The notes under the pieces: generated by a model | Told to the model about the DNA's origin: nothing | The model's input: the letters and a program-made list of their open reading frames with translations, nothing else | Databases searched by the model: none | NCBI RefSeq assembly: GCF_009914755.1 | Contig: NC_060929.1 | Length of the DNA: 64,000 nucleotides | Source: the human T2T-CHM13v2.0 reference genome, Homo sapiens | Strand: one strand, 5' to 3' | Shown: positions 29,810-43,090 of the stretch, in pieces | Layout of the letters: every line of letters starts with the position of its first letter | Position numbering within the stretch: the stretch's first letter is position 1 | Position numbers and translations under genes: made by a program

Positions 29810-32800
29810 CAAAGGGCTAATATCCAGAATCTACAATGAATTCAAACACATTTACAAGAAAAAAACAAACAACCCCATCAAAAAGTGGCAAAGGACATGA
29901 ACAGACACATCTCAAAAGAAGACATTTATGTAACCAAAAAACACATGAAAAAATGCTCATCGTCACTGGCCATCGGAGAAATGCAAATCAAAACCACAAT
30001 GAGATACCATCTCACACCAGTTAGAATGGCAATCATTAAAAAGTCAGGAAACAACAGGTGCTGGAGAGGATGTGGAGAAATAGGAACACTTTTACACTGC
30101 TGGTGGGACTGTAAACTAGTTCAACCATTGTGGAAGTCAGTGTGGTGATTCCTCAGGGATCTAGAACTAGAAATACCATTTGACCCAGCCATCCCATTAC
30201 CGGGTATATACCCAAAGGACTATAAAACATGCTGCTATAAAGACACATGCACACGTATGTTTATTGCGGCACTATTCACAATAGCAAAGAGTTGGAACCA
30301 ACCCAAATGTCCAACAATGATAAACTGGATTAAGAAAATGTGTCACATATACACCATGGAATACTATGCAGCCATCAAAAATGATGAGGCACATGTATAC
30401 ATATGTAACTAACCTGCACATTGTGCACATGTACCCTAAAACTTAAAGTATAATAGTAATACAATAAAATAAAATAATAAGATAAAAATAAAAATAATAT
30501 AAAAAAAGAAAATAGCATTGCAATCTCTGCTTTTTCCTCTTTTCCATTTGCTTGGTAAATACGCCCCCATCCCTGTATTTTGAGCCTACGTATGTCTTTG
30601 CACATGAGATGTGTCTCTTGAATACAGCATACTGCTGGTTCTTGACTCTTTATTCAGCCTGACATTCCATGTCTTTTAATTGGGGCATTTAGCCCATTGA
30701 CATTTAAGGTTAATGTTGTTATGTGTGAATTTGATTCTGTCATTATGATGCTAGCTGATTATTTTGCAGGCTTGTCTATGTGGTTGTTTCACATAGTCTG
30801 TGTACTGAGTGTATTTTCATAGTGGCTGGTAACAGTTTTTCCTTTTCATATTACTGCTTCCCTCAGCAGATCTTGCAAGGCAGGCCTGGTGGTAATGAAT
30901 TCCCTCAGCATTTGCTTGTCTGAAAAGGATCTTATTTCTCCTTTGCTTATGAAGTTTAGTTTGGCTGGATATGAAATTCTAGTTTGGAAATTCTTACCTT
31001 TAAGAATGTTGAATATTGGCCTCCAATTTCTTCTGGCTTAAAGTATTTTTGCTGAGGGGTCCACTGTTAACCTGATGGGCTTCCCTTTGTAGGTGACCTG
31101 GTCTTTCTCTCTGGCGGCACTTAACATTTTTTCTTTCATTTCGACCTTGGAGAATCTGATGATTATGTATCTTGGGGTTGATCTTCTCATGGAGTGTCTT
31201 ACTGGAGTTCTCTTCATTTCCTGAATTTGAATGCTGGTCTGTCTTGCTAGGTTAAGCAAGTTCTGGATGATATCCTGAAGTATCTTTTCCAACTTGGTTC
31301 CACTCTCCCTGTCTCCTTCAGGTACTCCAGTCAGTTGTAGGTTTGGTCTCTTTATATAATCCCATATTTCTTGGAGGTTTTTTCATTCCTTTTCATTCTT
31401 TTTTCTCTGTTCTTGCCTGCCTGTCTTATTTTAGAAAGATAGCCTTCAAGCTCTGAGATTCTTTACTCCACTTGGTCTGTTTAGCTATTGATATTTGTGA
31501 TTGCATTGTGAAGGTCTCGTCTTGTGTTTTTCAGCTCCATCAGGTCATGTATATTTCTCTCTAAACTGGCTATTCTGGTTATCAGCCCTTGTAATGTTTT
31601 ATCATGATTCTTAGCTTCTTCGCATTGGGTTAGGACATGCTCCTTTAGCTCAACAAAGTTTGTTATTACCCACCATCTGAAGCCCACTTTTGTCAATTTG
31701 GCAATCTGAGCCTCTGCCCAGTTATGTGCCCTTGCTGGAGATGTGTTACAATCATTTGGAGGAGAAGAGGCACCCTGGCTTTTTGAGTTTTCAGTGTTTT
31801 TGCTTTGATTCTTTCTCATCTTTGTGGGCCTATCTACCTTTGATTTTTGAGGTTGCTCATCTTTGAATAGGGTTTTTGTGTGGTCTTTTTTGTTGATGTT
31901 GTTTTTGTTGCTTTGTTTGTTTTAACAGTCAGGATCCTCTTCCACAGTGCGCTGTGGTAGGCTAGGGGTTCACTCCAGACCATAATCATCTGGGTCCCTC
32001 CCACACCTGGAGTTATCACCAGTGAAGGCTGCAAAACAGCAAAGGTGGCAGCCTGCTTCTTCCTCTGGGAGCTCTGTCCCAGAGGGTCACCAACCTGATG
32101 CCGGCCTGAATGCTCCTGTAGGAGTCTGGAGACCCCTGTTGGGAGGTCTCTCCCAGTCAGGAGGAATGGGATTAGGGATCCAAGTAAAGAAGACTTTGGC
32201 TGCCCCTTGGCAGAGTAGGTGTGCTGCACTGGGGTGGGGGAACCCCTCTTGTCCAGACCACCTGGACTATCCAGATTCAGCTGGGAGGAAAGACTAAGTT
32301 GGCTGAACTGCAGAGACTGGCTTCCCCTTCCCCCAGTGGTTCCCTCTTAGGGAGATCAGAGTTCTGTCCACAAAACCCTGGCTGGAGTTGTTGAAATTCC
32401 CACAGGGAGGCCTTGCCTAGTGAGGAGGGATGGATCGGGATCCCTGTTAAAGAAGCAGCCTGTCCATGATCTGCCACAGAAGTTGTGCTGTGCTGTAAAG
32501 GAATTCCTTATAGACTGCCCAGACTCCCTGAAGCTGGCAGCCAGAAAGGTGGGCTTAAGCCACAGAAATGGTGGCCACTCCTTCCCCTGATCCTTGGGCT
32601 GCAAAGATCCATGGCAAAAGCGTGGTTTCCCAGATGGGGTCGCACAATTGCTCACCACATTCCTTGGCTGGGTGTGGGAGCCCCAGTGGCATTGTGTCTC
32701 TCCCAGGTGGGGTGTTGCCCCATCCTGCTTTTCCTTGCTCTCCGTGGGTCATGCCGATTGCCTCATCAGTCCCAGTGCAAGAACCTGGATATCACAGTTG

Positions 32801-35749
32801 AAGGTGTAGAATTTACTCCCTGTTTTTGTTCTCTGTGACAGCCACAGACTGCAGCTGCTTCTAATTGGCCGTCTTGGCCCACCCCCAAAACAATTTTCAA
32901 CTTGACATTTACCATTTGTTTTTGTGTATCTTTCCTCTTTAGTTTTATAGAAGATAACCAATTAAAACAAAATTTGGCTATGTATTTAGATTGTGATTCT
33001 TCTGCCTACTTGAAAATTACATGTCTTTACATGATATAACTTCTTTCACTTTATTGAACACCCTCGATAAAGTTGCAGAGATAAATACCTTTTGGGGGCA
33101 AAATCAGAATTAGCTTACCTTCTGAAATGCAATATGGTAATGATATTAAATTTTTACACTAACTAAAAATAGTATCTTTCCTTACTTTATTTGATTTGGG
33201 ACACACACACTTGCAAGTGTGTGTTTAAAGATAATCCCGTCACAAGGATTGATACTATTTTTTTCTGCATCTCTACTATATTTAATTTCTTCTGTATTAT
33301 AATAATGCTGTTGAGCTACACTTTCATATGTCCCACTATTGCGTAGGAATTTATTTTACATTGAAAACAAAAAGAAAGACCTTTAATTTGAGGTTATACA
33401 TCTTTATTTTTGTAGCCTCTTTTGAATTAAGATTAAATTGAGAAGGAAGGGAGGTGTTTTTATTTATGTTGTTAAATAAATTTTTAAAACTTACTAATTA
33501 AAAATTTCCCCCCATTAGAATTCTTTCTACCACCATGTTATTTTCTTCTTTGTCTGATTTATTATATTTTAAGTAAGAAAGAAACATCTTTGGTTTTAGA
33601 AGACATTAATTTGCCAGGGTTGTTGTAACAACTGTTACAGAAAATGTTATAAAATGTGAACTACCATAGAATTATTTTAAAAATGGGCTGTTATATGGCA
33701 TGGTTAAAATTATCTTACTCCACAAAGTCTTTTGACTAATTATAATTGCCAAAAACTTTGACTAAGTTTAATCTTTTAGAGAGAGAAATAAACTCTAACT
33801 GTTCAGTGAAACACTAAACGCACACCAATTTCAATGAGGAAGAAAGAGAGAGAAAAAGGGGAAACTGCTTCACAAATGTACACACACATGCATGGATACA
33901 CAGAAACACACACACACACTTTCAGGTTGCACTGAATCTATTTGAGTGTATAGACCAATTCAAATGCTTGTATTATTGCCCTAATTGGAACACTCATTTC
34001 AGAAGGCTGTTTATAATTCTGACGAGGATGTCCTATTTTGTTGGTTTGGCTGCTTTGATTAAAACCTTCTGTGAGGCAATGGTCATTGCGTGATAGGCCC
34101 AGACACAAATTAAGATGACAACAGTCAGTTGACCTACTAAACAAAAAGTACAACAGCTTGGTAACTATGACCAGACAGAGTTACTTTACTGCTTAGTTAA
34201 AACTACACCCCCCACCCCCCACCCAAAAGAATAAAAGCCCTGTTTCAACAGTGGCTTCTTTTGGGCGTATGTAAATCCCTTCATGGAAAGTTGCAAAACC
34301 CCAGGAAATCCCACCTGTGAATGATTGTAGTATTTAACCCCGGGGTTAGTTTCTATAATGCTTATTTCATGAAAAGCCTCCCCCCATCACAATTTTTAGT
34401 GGTTAGTTTGTATAAGGCAAGCTCAAAACTGTAAGCCTGAAAACCACAATTTTCCCAAATAGGCAGTATTTCCAGTGATGTAATGTGAAGGTGACAGGGT
34501 TAACAGTTTAACCTCATAACTCAGAGAAGCAGAAAGTCTCCTCTAAATATGATGTTATAGGCCATGATAATCTGAGAGTCTTTTGAATGAGTTTTTGCAT
34601 ATGACATATATAATCACATATATAATCAGAGTAGTGATTAATCTGTTTCTGATATGGATATTTGATATTTATATTTATGTTTTAAAAGCCTCAATTCTGC
34701 CTTTGTCTCTGCATGAGACAGTTTAAGTGAGTTGCTAGTATAAAGACATTGTGGTGTTCTGAGGGTCACATTTTTGGCAACTTACTAAAAAAATGTTGGA
34801 CAATGTTTTTTTCATTATCCCTATTTTTTTTAAACCATAGTTTTATATGAAACTATTTAATCTGTCTTCTGGTGGTACAGTATTTACAACAGAAAGGTTG
34901 TATGTTAAATGGTCGACTTTTCAAGCAACTCAAACACCTGGTCAGCATAAATCTTTTAATAAAATTTTACTCCATTAACTCCTTTCTTACCAGAACTTCT
35001 GAAAATTCCTTGCTAAAAGGCTGAAAAGTGACTAGTCATATAAGCCCCCAAATATTACACAGCCATGAGAATTAAGAAATATTGCTCACATTAGTATATG
35101 AAACTTTATAAAGAACAAAATCAAGTGGTTTCTGGGCTTCAGTTATTAATCTCATTGTCTGTTTAGTTTATGACTTCGTTTTTCTCATTTCTAAATTCCA
35201 TATTCTAGTGCACTAATGATTTCCACATTGAAAGTAATTTCTTGGATGAAGAAAAAGAGCTTTCCCAGTATGAAAAAATCCAAAATAATTAGGATGGAAA
35301 CACAAGGAAGAGGTACACCTTGAAAAATCTTGCCTAGGAAAATAGTTACTCATACTTTTGTGTGTACAATGAAGTAAATGTATACAAAGTTAGGTTTGAA
35401 CATGAATGTATTTTTGTATAGTCTGTTATAGAATGTTAATTAAATGCAGTTCAATGGTTGTTTTAATCTTTTAATGATGCTTATGTACTCCATTGTAAAG
35501 ATAGTCATTTTTTATTATAAAAAGTTAAAAGGAGTGAATGTTAATTGCATTCTGCTAAAGGAGTTTAGTGTTTCTATTATTTTAGGCAGAATTCCATTAT
35601 CCAAGTGTGTATGAAGTATACACTTATATAAACACTATCAAATGTATACCAAAGGGACAGAGACTATGCTTTGATAGGATCCAGAGTTTTGTACATTTCT
35701 TCATTAATTAGTACAAATGTTTATATAATTGATACAAATAATATAAACT

Positions 35750-36535
35750 ACTATATAAGTAATTAATTATACAAACATTTATGAATGTCTATTTTGTTTC
35801 CAACAAAAAACTGATTCTCGGGATGCTAAATACCTATGAAAGAGAGGTGGTCTCGACACAACACAGGGAGTCTATCGGAAACTATGTAAGCCAAAAACCC
35901 TGACCAAGATGGTCAAGAAAATCGTCTCTTTGTTATTGTTTCCCAATACATATCTTAACTCTGACATCACTCATGAGCTCAAAATTTCTCACATTTTAAA
36001 TATCTGTATATATTTTGCAAAAGCTTATTAATTAATTTGAACAAGATATATTCAGAGCTTTCCCTATGCCACGTGTTACGGTGGTGTTACAATTCTTGGC
36101 CAAAGGAGGCACAAAATGTAACTTGTTAAAATTAACTTCCTTTGTCAGAAGTGTGCAGTTCTTTAAAGTCTGCAGGTTCTTGGTTCTTAAAATTAATGTC
36201 CATCGCCAGGGGTTTGTGGTATAATGACATACAATAATGTACATATGCAGTTAGTGGCAGCAGACATGCAAACACATAGTTACAATGTGATGTGAAAAAG
36301 GCTAAGACTACTCTGTGAGATTATATAATATACAGAGGGTATGGTAAATAGCTTTGTCTTATGAGAGTATCAGGGAAGACTTTACACTGAGGATGATTTT
36401 ATTATCTGGGCTTTGAATGATGAGAGATGGTGGAGGGCACTAGAAGCAGAAAGGTTAGCAATTCCAAAAGCTCAGAGGCATGAAAGTAAACATCCAGTTT
36501 GGGTAACTGTGAGTAGTCTAGAGTGGCCTTAGCAA
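35750..36535 (-). mobile_element. L2 fragments (degenerate)
   Basis: L2-like text (CAAACATTTATGAATGTCTA; TCAGGGAAGACTT..ACTGAGGATGA; CTCAGAGGCATGAAAG). Boundaries approximate. Confidence 0.5.
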
Positions 36536-36946
36536 AGGTGGTACCCAAGAAAGGAGTATGTGGCTATATGACTTCCTCTTGATAGTCAGGGGCTGTCTCC
36601 CCAAACCACAATCTATCTCAGTTTGTGCCACTTCCCCCAGGGCAATAAGAACCAGAGATGGTTAGATGATACTCTCAGCTTCAAATTCAGTGGAAATTTG
36701 TAGTGCTCCCTGTTGAAAGTATTGTTCTTCTAATATTAACATTTTTTTTCACTAGTAAGCCCTAGAGTCTCAAAGATGGAAAACCAAAATATTTCAAATG
36801 TGTCATTTGAAGTTGAGAAGCATCACTCTAATATCTCTCCCTTTGTTCCAGACTCAAATATGCTTGTTATAAGAGGAATATATTGGTCATTGGTATAGAA
36901 CATATATCTCATGTTTTGTGCCCATGTTCTTGGCTTGCAAGGCCTT

Positions 36947-37185
36947 TTTTTTTTGAGACAGACCCTTGCTCTTTTGCCCAGGCTGAAGTGCAGTGGTGCA
37001 ATCTCTGCTAACTGCAGCCCCTGCCTCCTGTGGATTCAAGTGCTTCTTGTGTTTCAACCTCTCAAGTAGCTGCGATTGCAAGCACCTGCCACCCTGCCCA
37101 GCTAAGGTTTGTATTTTTTGTAGAGACGGGGTTTCGCCATGTTGGTCAGGTTGGTCTCAAACTCCTGGCCTCAAGTGATCCACCC
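36947..37185 (-). mobile_element. 5'-truncated old Alu (AluJb/Sz-like)
   Basis: Antisense Alu ending at CTGGCCTCAAGTGATCCACCC; TSD TGCAAGGCCTT at 36936-36946 / 37188-37198. Confidence 0.92.
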
Positions 37186-37399
37186 AATGCAAGGCCTTAT
37201 TTCTGAGCTGCAACCATAACCAAATCTCCCTTCAACAGGAAATTCCATCATTAAGAGAAGTACTTCTATAAGATGGGGTTTATAAAAAACATAGTGATAT
37301 CCATGGACAGTAGTAGCCCCTTGACCTTCATGTATATTAAGTTCTTTGGTAGAAACAATGTTATAGGGATTCCACAATAGTACATGAAGTATAGAGTAG

Positions 37400-38250
37400 G
37401 ACTATGGATACTAGGGCTGGCATAAGCACGGAGTTAAAAAAAAAAAGAACTATAAATCTGATATTGGTATGTGTTTTAGAGATGTCAAAATGCTAACCTT
37501 TTCATGATGGAAAGGATCCACTCATTTTTCAGGAGGTACTCAAATTCCCACTCACTGTATAGAACTGTGTTGGGAGCCTAGCGTTGGTTATTGATACTGG
37601 AAAATAGGCTACTTGATGATGACAAGAATCTCTTCAAGGAAAATCCACGTTGAGCTCATGTGTAGCCTCTATCCTTGCCAACACGTTTTTATGAGCATAT
37701 TATTTATTGAATAGATATTTGGGAAGGAGGAAAATTGAAATCTATGAAGTAGTCATCTTGTTCCCCTGATTATTAAGCACTTGCTCTTCAAGGGTCTTTT
37801 CGGTAAATATTCACCTAGCATACAGCATTTTAATGTTTATTTCAAAAAAACCCCAGCCATATAACACATCCAGAGACATTTTGTCAATAGTCCTCCAATA
37901 TTGCTCCTTTCATATCCTTGGCTATTCAATAAAATCTTTAGCGACCAGCCAGAATCCATGATCTGTTTCTCAAATCGTGCTGCTCTAAATTCTGTCTTCT
38001 TAACAGAGTCAGTTTTTTTCTTGTGCTATGCCTTCATAGCAAGCCACTTTTAGCTACTGTCACAGATGTCTAGAAATTAAGCTTAGGACTGTCCTACTCA
38101 GTCTACTAGTCATATGGTTCACCTCATAATGGCTGAATGTGAATTGAATAGTGGATGGCAGTGTTGTGGGGGTAAGCACATGGAGTGTATGAATGCCCTG
38201 CTCCTAAAATGTACATCTCTCTGATGTAGTATGTTGATTTGATAATGAAA
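37400..38250 (-). mobile_element. Highly degenerate ERVL/MLT internal fragment
   Basis: GTTGAGCTCATGTGTAGCCTCTATCCTTGCCA resembles antisense ERVL pol-derived MaLR internal sequence. Boundaries uncertain. Confidence 0.4.
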
Positions 38251-38289
38251 TGCTATAGCACTTGCCTGATTCAGGGCTGGGTTTTTCAG

Positions 38290-38755
38290 AAAACTATGTG
38301 GCAGACTTCTAGTTGTCATGGGAAATCCATTCTTTCCTCTTTCCATATGAATAGCATTTTTTTGAGTATATGACAACTTCATCTAGAAAATAATATTTTC
38401 AGACTCCTTTGTAGCTAATATGGCCAATGTGTCTAACTTTTTGCTAATGGAATGTGAGTAGAAATAATATTTTATATCAATTTCCTCAAAGTAAATTGTC
38501 CTAGACTTTCTCTCCTTGCCACTTTTCACTGGTGGGCACGTAGACATGGAGCTGAGGCAACTTTGGTCATAAAGATGAGGATTGCACTAGGAGATGGTAG
38601 ATAAACAAGACAGAGAGAACTTTCTAGAACAGAGCTATCTTTTAGATGTGGATCATTTCTAGATGCCTCTGGACATCTGAATAATTAAACGTGACAGAAA
38701 ATGAGCTACTAAATTTTGAATTTCTTTGTTGTAGCAACTTGTTCTGTATTATATT
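38290..38755 (+). mobile_element. Old ERVL LTR (LTR16/LTR33-like)
   Basis: TTTTCAGACTCCTTTGTAGCTAA..TGGCCA..TGTCTAA..GCTAATGGAATGTGAGTAGAA motif. Confidence 0.55.
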
Positions 38756-39129
38756 GCATATATCCTATTTATTCTTGGAAGCTCTAATCTCCTGATCACT
38801 TAGTGCCTCATTCTGTTAGGGCCCAATGGTAAGCCAGAAGAAGTTCTCAAAATTATATTTACTTGCTGAAATAATTACATTCTGAATATGGCGTGACTTC
38901 TCTTCAAAACCTTAGAGGCATTGCTTTGCTTTGGGTCAGAATTTGCCATGGGTGGTATTTACCATTTTATCTTTACCACACTGTGAGCACCATTATATAA
39001 AACATCTCGGCCCTTTGTTGCAAACCAGAGAAACTAGCAGTGGCTAATCAGAAAATGAATTCACTTGAAAGATATTGCATGACTCACAGAATCAAAGACA
39101 TGGCAGAAGAATAAGGTTTGGTCATTAGA

Positions 39130-40595
39130 GAATATTTGTAGAATATTCATCTGACCATATTTTTAGTAAACAGAATATATGAGGATTTCAAACAACTCAA
39201 TAGCAAAGTAAACCAAATAATTCAATTAAACATTAGAAAAAAATTGGATATTTCTCAAAAGAAGGAATACAAATGGCAAACTGTTATATGAAAAAATACT
39301 CAACACCACTAATTATCGGAGAAATGCAAATCAAAATCACAATGAGATATCATTTTACCCCAGTTAAGATGGCTATTAGCAAAAGGATACAATATAACAA
39401 ATGCTGTCAAGGATCCAGAAAAAGGGGAACCCTCATACTTTGTTGGTAGAAATGTAAATTAGTCACTGTGAAAACCAGTATGGAGGTTTCTCAAAAGATG
39501 GAACTACCATATAATCCAGCAACCCCACTGCTGGATATATATCCAAAAGAAAGGAAAACAGTGTATCGAAGTGATATATATGCTCTCTTGTTTATTGCAA
39601 CAATATTCATAATAGCCAAGATCTGGACTAAACCTAAGTGTCCATCAACAGATAATTGGATAAAGAAAATGTGGTATGCATACAGAGTGGAGTATTGTTC
39701 AACCATAAAAAGAATGAAATTCTGTCATTTGCAGCAACATGGATGGAACTAAAGAAATTATGTTAAGAGATTTAAGCCGGTAACAGAAGGACAAATATTA
39801 CATGTTTTCACTCATTTGTGATAGCTAAAGGAAATTGATCGCAAGGGGGTGGTGAATAGAATGGTGGTTACCAGAGGCTGGGAAGGGTAGTGGAAAAGGT
39901 AGATGGAGGGGGGTTAACTGATAGGTACAAAAGTGTAGTTAGATATAAGGAATAGGATATAGTGTTCAATAGCACATTAGGGCAACTATGGTTAACAATA
40001 ATTTATTGTACACTTCAACATAGCTAGAAGATATTTATTTTTATTGTTATGTTTTATTTCAATAGTTTTGGGGGAACAGGTGGTTTTGGGTTACGTGGAT
40101 AAGTTCTTTAGTGGTGATTTCCAAGATCTTGGTGTACCCATCACCTTAGTAGTGTAAACTGTACCCAATGTGTAGTCTTTTATTCCTCACCCACCTCCCA
40201 TCCTTTTGCCTGAGTCCCCAAAGTCCAGTATATCATTCTTATGCCTTTGCTTCCCCTTACCTCAGCTCCTATGTATAAGTGAGGACATAAGATACTTGGT
40301 TTTCCATTCCTGTGTTACTTCACTTAAAATAGTGGTCTCCAACTCCATCCAGGTTGCTGAAAATGCCATTATTTCGTTCCTTTTTATGGCTGAGTAGTAT
40401 TCCATGGTGTATATATGTCACATTTTGCTAGAAGAGATTTAGAATGTTTCCAAAACAAAGAAATGATAAATGTTTGAGGTGGTGGGTATTTCAGTTACCC
40501 AGATTTGATCGTTATACGTTGTATGCTTATATCAAAATATCACATGTACCTCATAAATATGTACAACTATTATGTATCCATACACATTTTTTAAA
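39130..40595 (+). mobile_element. L1MA 3' fragment interrupted by L1PB
   Basis: ORF2 C-terminal homology (ELPYNPATPLLDIYPKE, KPKCPSTDNWIKKMW) and an L1MA-type 3'UTR. Confidence 0.85.
40038..40426 (-). mobile_element. L1PB (PB1-like) 3' fragment nested in L1MA
   Basis: TTTCAATAGTTTTGGGGGAACAGGTGG...; 15-bp TSD GCTAGAAGA(T/G)ATTTA at 40023-40037 / 40427-40441. Confidence 0.88.
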
Positions 40596-41680
40596 ACTGG
40601 CTATATTTACACAATGGAATACACTTCAGCCATAAAAAGAAGAAAATCCTGCTATTTATAACAAGGATGAATCTGAAGAACATCATATTAAATAAAATAA
40701 GCCAGGCATAGAAAGACAAACACTGCATGGAGTCACTCATGGAATTTATAAAAGTTAATCTCATGGAAGTAGAGAGTAGAAGGATGGCTATCTGAGACTA
40801 GGGTGGTTAGGGGGCAGGGGGCTGGACAGATACTGGTCAAAGAGTGGATATTTACGGTTAGGAGGAGTAAGTTTAAGAGATCCATTGTACAGCATGACTG
40901 TAGTTAATGGCATTGTATTATTGAAAAATGCTAACAGAGTGGGTGTTGTTTTCACCATAAAAATGATGACTATATGAGGTAATGCCTATGTTAATTGCCT
41001 AGATTTAACCATTCCACAATGTATATACACAATCATTTGTTTCATAACTACATTTCAGTCAATGACAGACAGCATATATGACGGTGGGTCCCATAAGATT
41101 ATAATGGAGTTGAAAAATGTTCATGTCCAGTCATGTTGTAGCTGTAGTAACATTATAGCACTATTACTTTATTTTTAAAAATTAACTTAGTGTAGCCTAA
41201 ATGTACAGTTTTCATAAAATCAACAGCCGTGTACAGTAATATCCTAGGCTTTCCCATTCACGTACCACTCACTGACTCAGCCAGAGCAGTTTTCAGTTCT
41301 GCAAGACTCCATTCATGGTAAGTGCCTTATACAGGTGTATCGGTTTTGTCTTTTATACAATATTTTTACTGGGCATCTTTGATGTTTAGATACACAAATA
41401 ATTACCATTGTGTTATAATTGTCTACAGTATTCAGTACAGTAATGTGATATAGAGGCTTGTAGCCTAGGTGTCTAGTAGGCTATACCATGTAGGTTTGTG
41501 TAAGTACACTGTATGACGTTTGCACAATGATGAAAGCATCAACGAGGCATGTCTCAGTAAGTATCCTTGTTGTTAAGCTACATATGTTTGTATTTCCAAA
41601 CATCATGCTGTACACAATAAATAGATACAATTTTATGTGTCAATTCAAAACATAAATCAATTTGGAAAAAAAGTAAATAA
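40596..41680 (+). mobile_element. Second L1MA 3' fragment, interrupted by Tigger3
   Basis: CACAATGGAATAC..TCAGCCATAAAAAGAA...; the 3'UTR resumes after 41590 (AACATCATGCTGTACAC). Confidence 0.78.
41030..41590 (+). mobile_element. Tigger3/Golem-derived MITE (TcMar-Tigger)
   Basis: CATATATGACGGTGG.TCCCATAAGATTATAATGGAGTTGAAAAAT; degenerate termini inside a TA-rich site. Confidence 0.82.
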
Positions 41681-42989
41681 AATCCCAAATCCATAAAACA
41701 AAATTCAAATCCTAGGTGAAAATATTTAATTGACTGAATCCAGGCCAAACTGGGGGTAAGGAGCATATAGACAAAAGGGAGTATTTGATACTTTTGACTT
41801 CTGTAACATAAGGTGGGTCTTTATCTCTTTCAGCAACTCATAAAATAGAGAAATTTTCAAAATGTAGAACTACTATTTCAAACTTTATTATTTTTATTGT
41901 TAAAAAGTTATCTAGAATATTGCAGTATCTTTCTGTTTTCCCCTTTCTTACAGTAGACAAAGAAGACAGAAAGGGAGGGTTGAAGGATAGAGAAAGAAGC
42001 CCTTCAAATTAAACAACTAATCACAACACTCCGTGTTAGCCATTTGACCAAACAATGCCTTACCACTCTATTATTTCAAATCAATCACTTTACTATAAGA
42101 AAGTCATTTCTTTGAGGAGTTAATTTCCAAAGTAAACATTAGACTACTAACATTTCTATACTGCATGTTTGCCAAACAGCAGATTTCACATCTTGGACAA
42201 ATATGGCAAGTTTTTAAGAAAGTTAATTAGAATTTTACATGCTAACCAAGTCCTAGGAAATGCAGTGTTTGAATAGATAAATGTCAAATAAAAAGTGTGA
42301 TTTATAAAACTCTAAAGCCCAATATTTTTTTTCTGAAATGGGTAGATTTCAACATGTCAGAACAAGCCTAATATTGTTTCTACAAAGTCACATATTAATT
42401 TATCTTTCTCTTTCATCATTTTTATTCTTCTCTTAAATTTTATATGACTTAAGACACTATCAACATGGTGTGACTATTTGCAACTGTGCAGCTGCACTGT
42501 ATTCCCACCAGGGAAGGGGGGCACCTTATGACTGCTCCATTATTTCCTCATCCAGGTCATAAGAGATATTCTGTTCTCAATGCACCTCTTTCTTCCACTT
42601 TTCTGGGGGAAAAAATAAAGCCACCCTAGCTAATTCCTTAAGCCAGCACTAGATTAAGACGGGTGACTACATGGCCTTCCAGGAAGCAGACTTTACCAAT
42701 CCTTGTTGGAATTTTTCCCCTAAAAAATTGCTTGTGGAAGGTTCCTGAATGTGTAGAAACTTTTAGCACCTCAAAAAATCACCTCCAGAACTTTATTTAG
42801 GCACTGTATGTCAACTGGTGTTTATCTAAAGCCATTCCTTTCAGGAAAATTAAGTATTAAGGTGAGGATGAGTGTGGGAAGAACATACAGAGTACCATAT
42901 GTGGGATGCAGGTGTTTGGCATTCATTTTAAACCAGAAGGACCCAGGGGCTCTAGGAAGTCTTATTTGTTTTGATAATTCTGTCTCTAG

Positions 42990-43090
42990 GATGTTCATTC
43001 ATTTTTTATTCACTTATTCATTCACTCACTCATGTATTGTGGATGTTTGCCATGGCTTAGTCACTGTGCTAATTACTAGAGATACAAATA
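42990..43090 (-). mobile_element. L2 3' end fragment
   Basis: (TTCA)n-like tail followed by GTCACTGTGCTAA..ACTAGAGATACA. Confidence 0.55.

Noticed and set aside
31834-32961. Cluster of overlapping ORFs on both strands
   Set aside because: GC-rich 5'UTR of the host L1, where stop codons are scarce.
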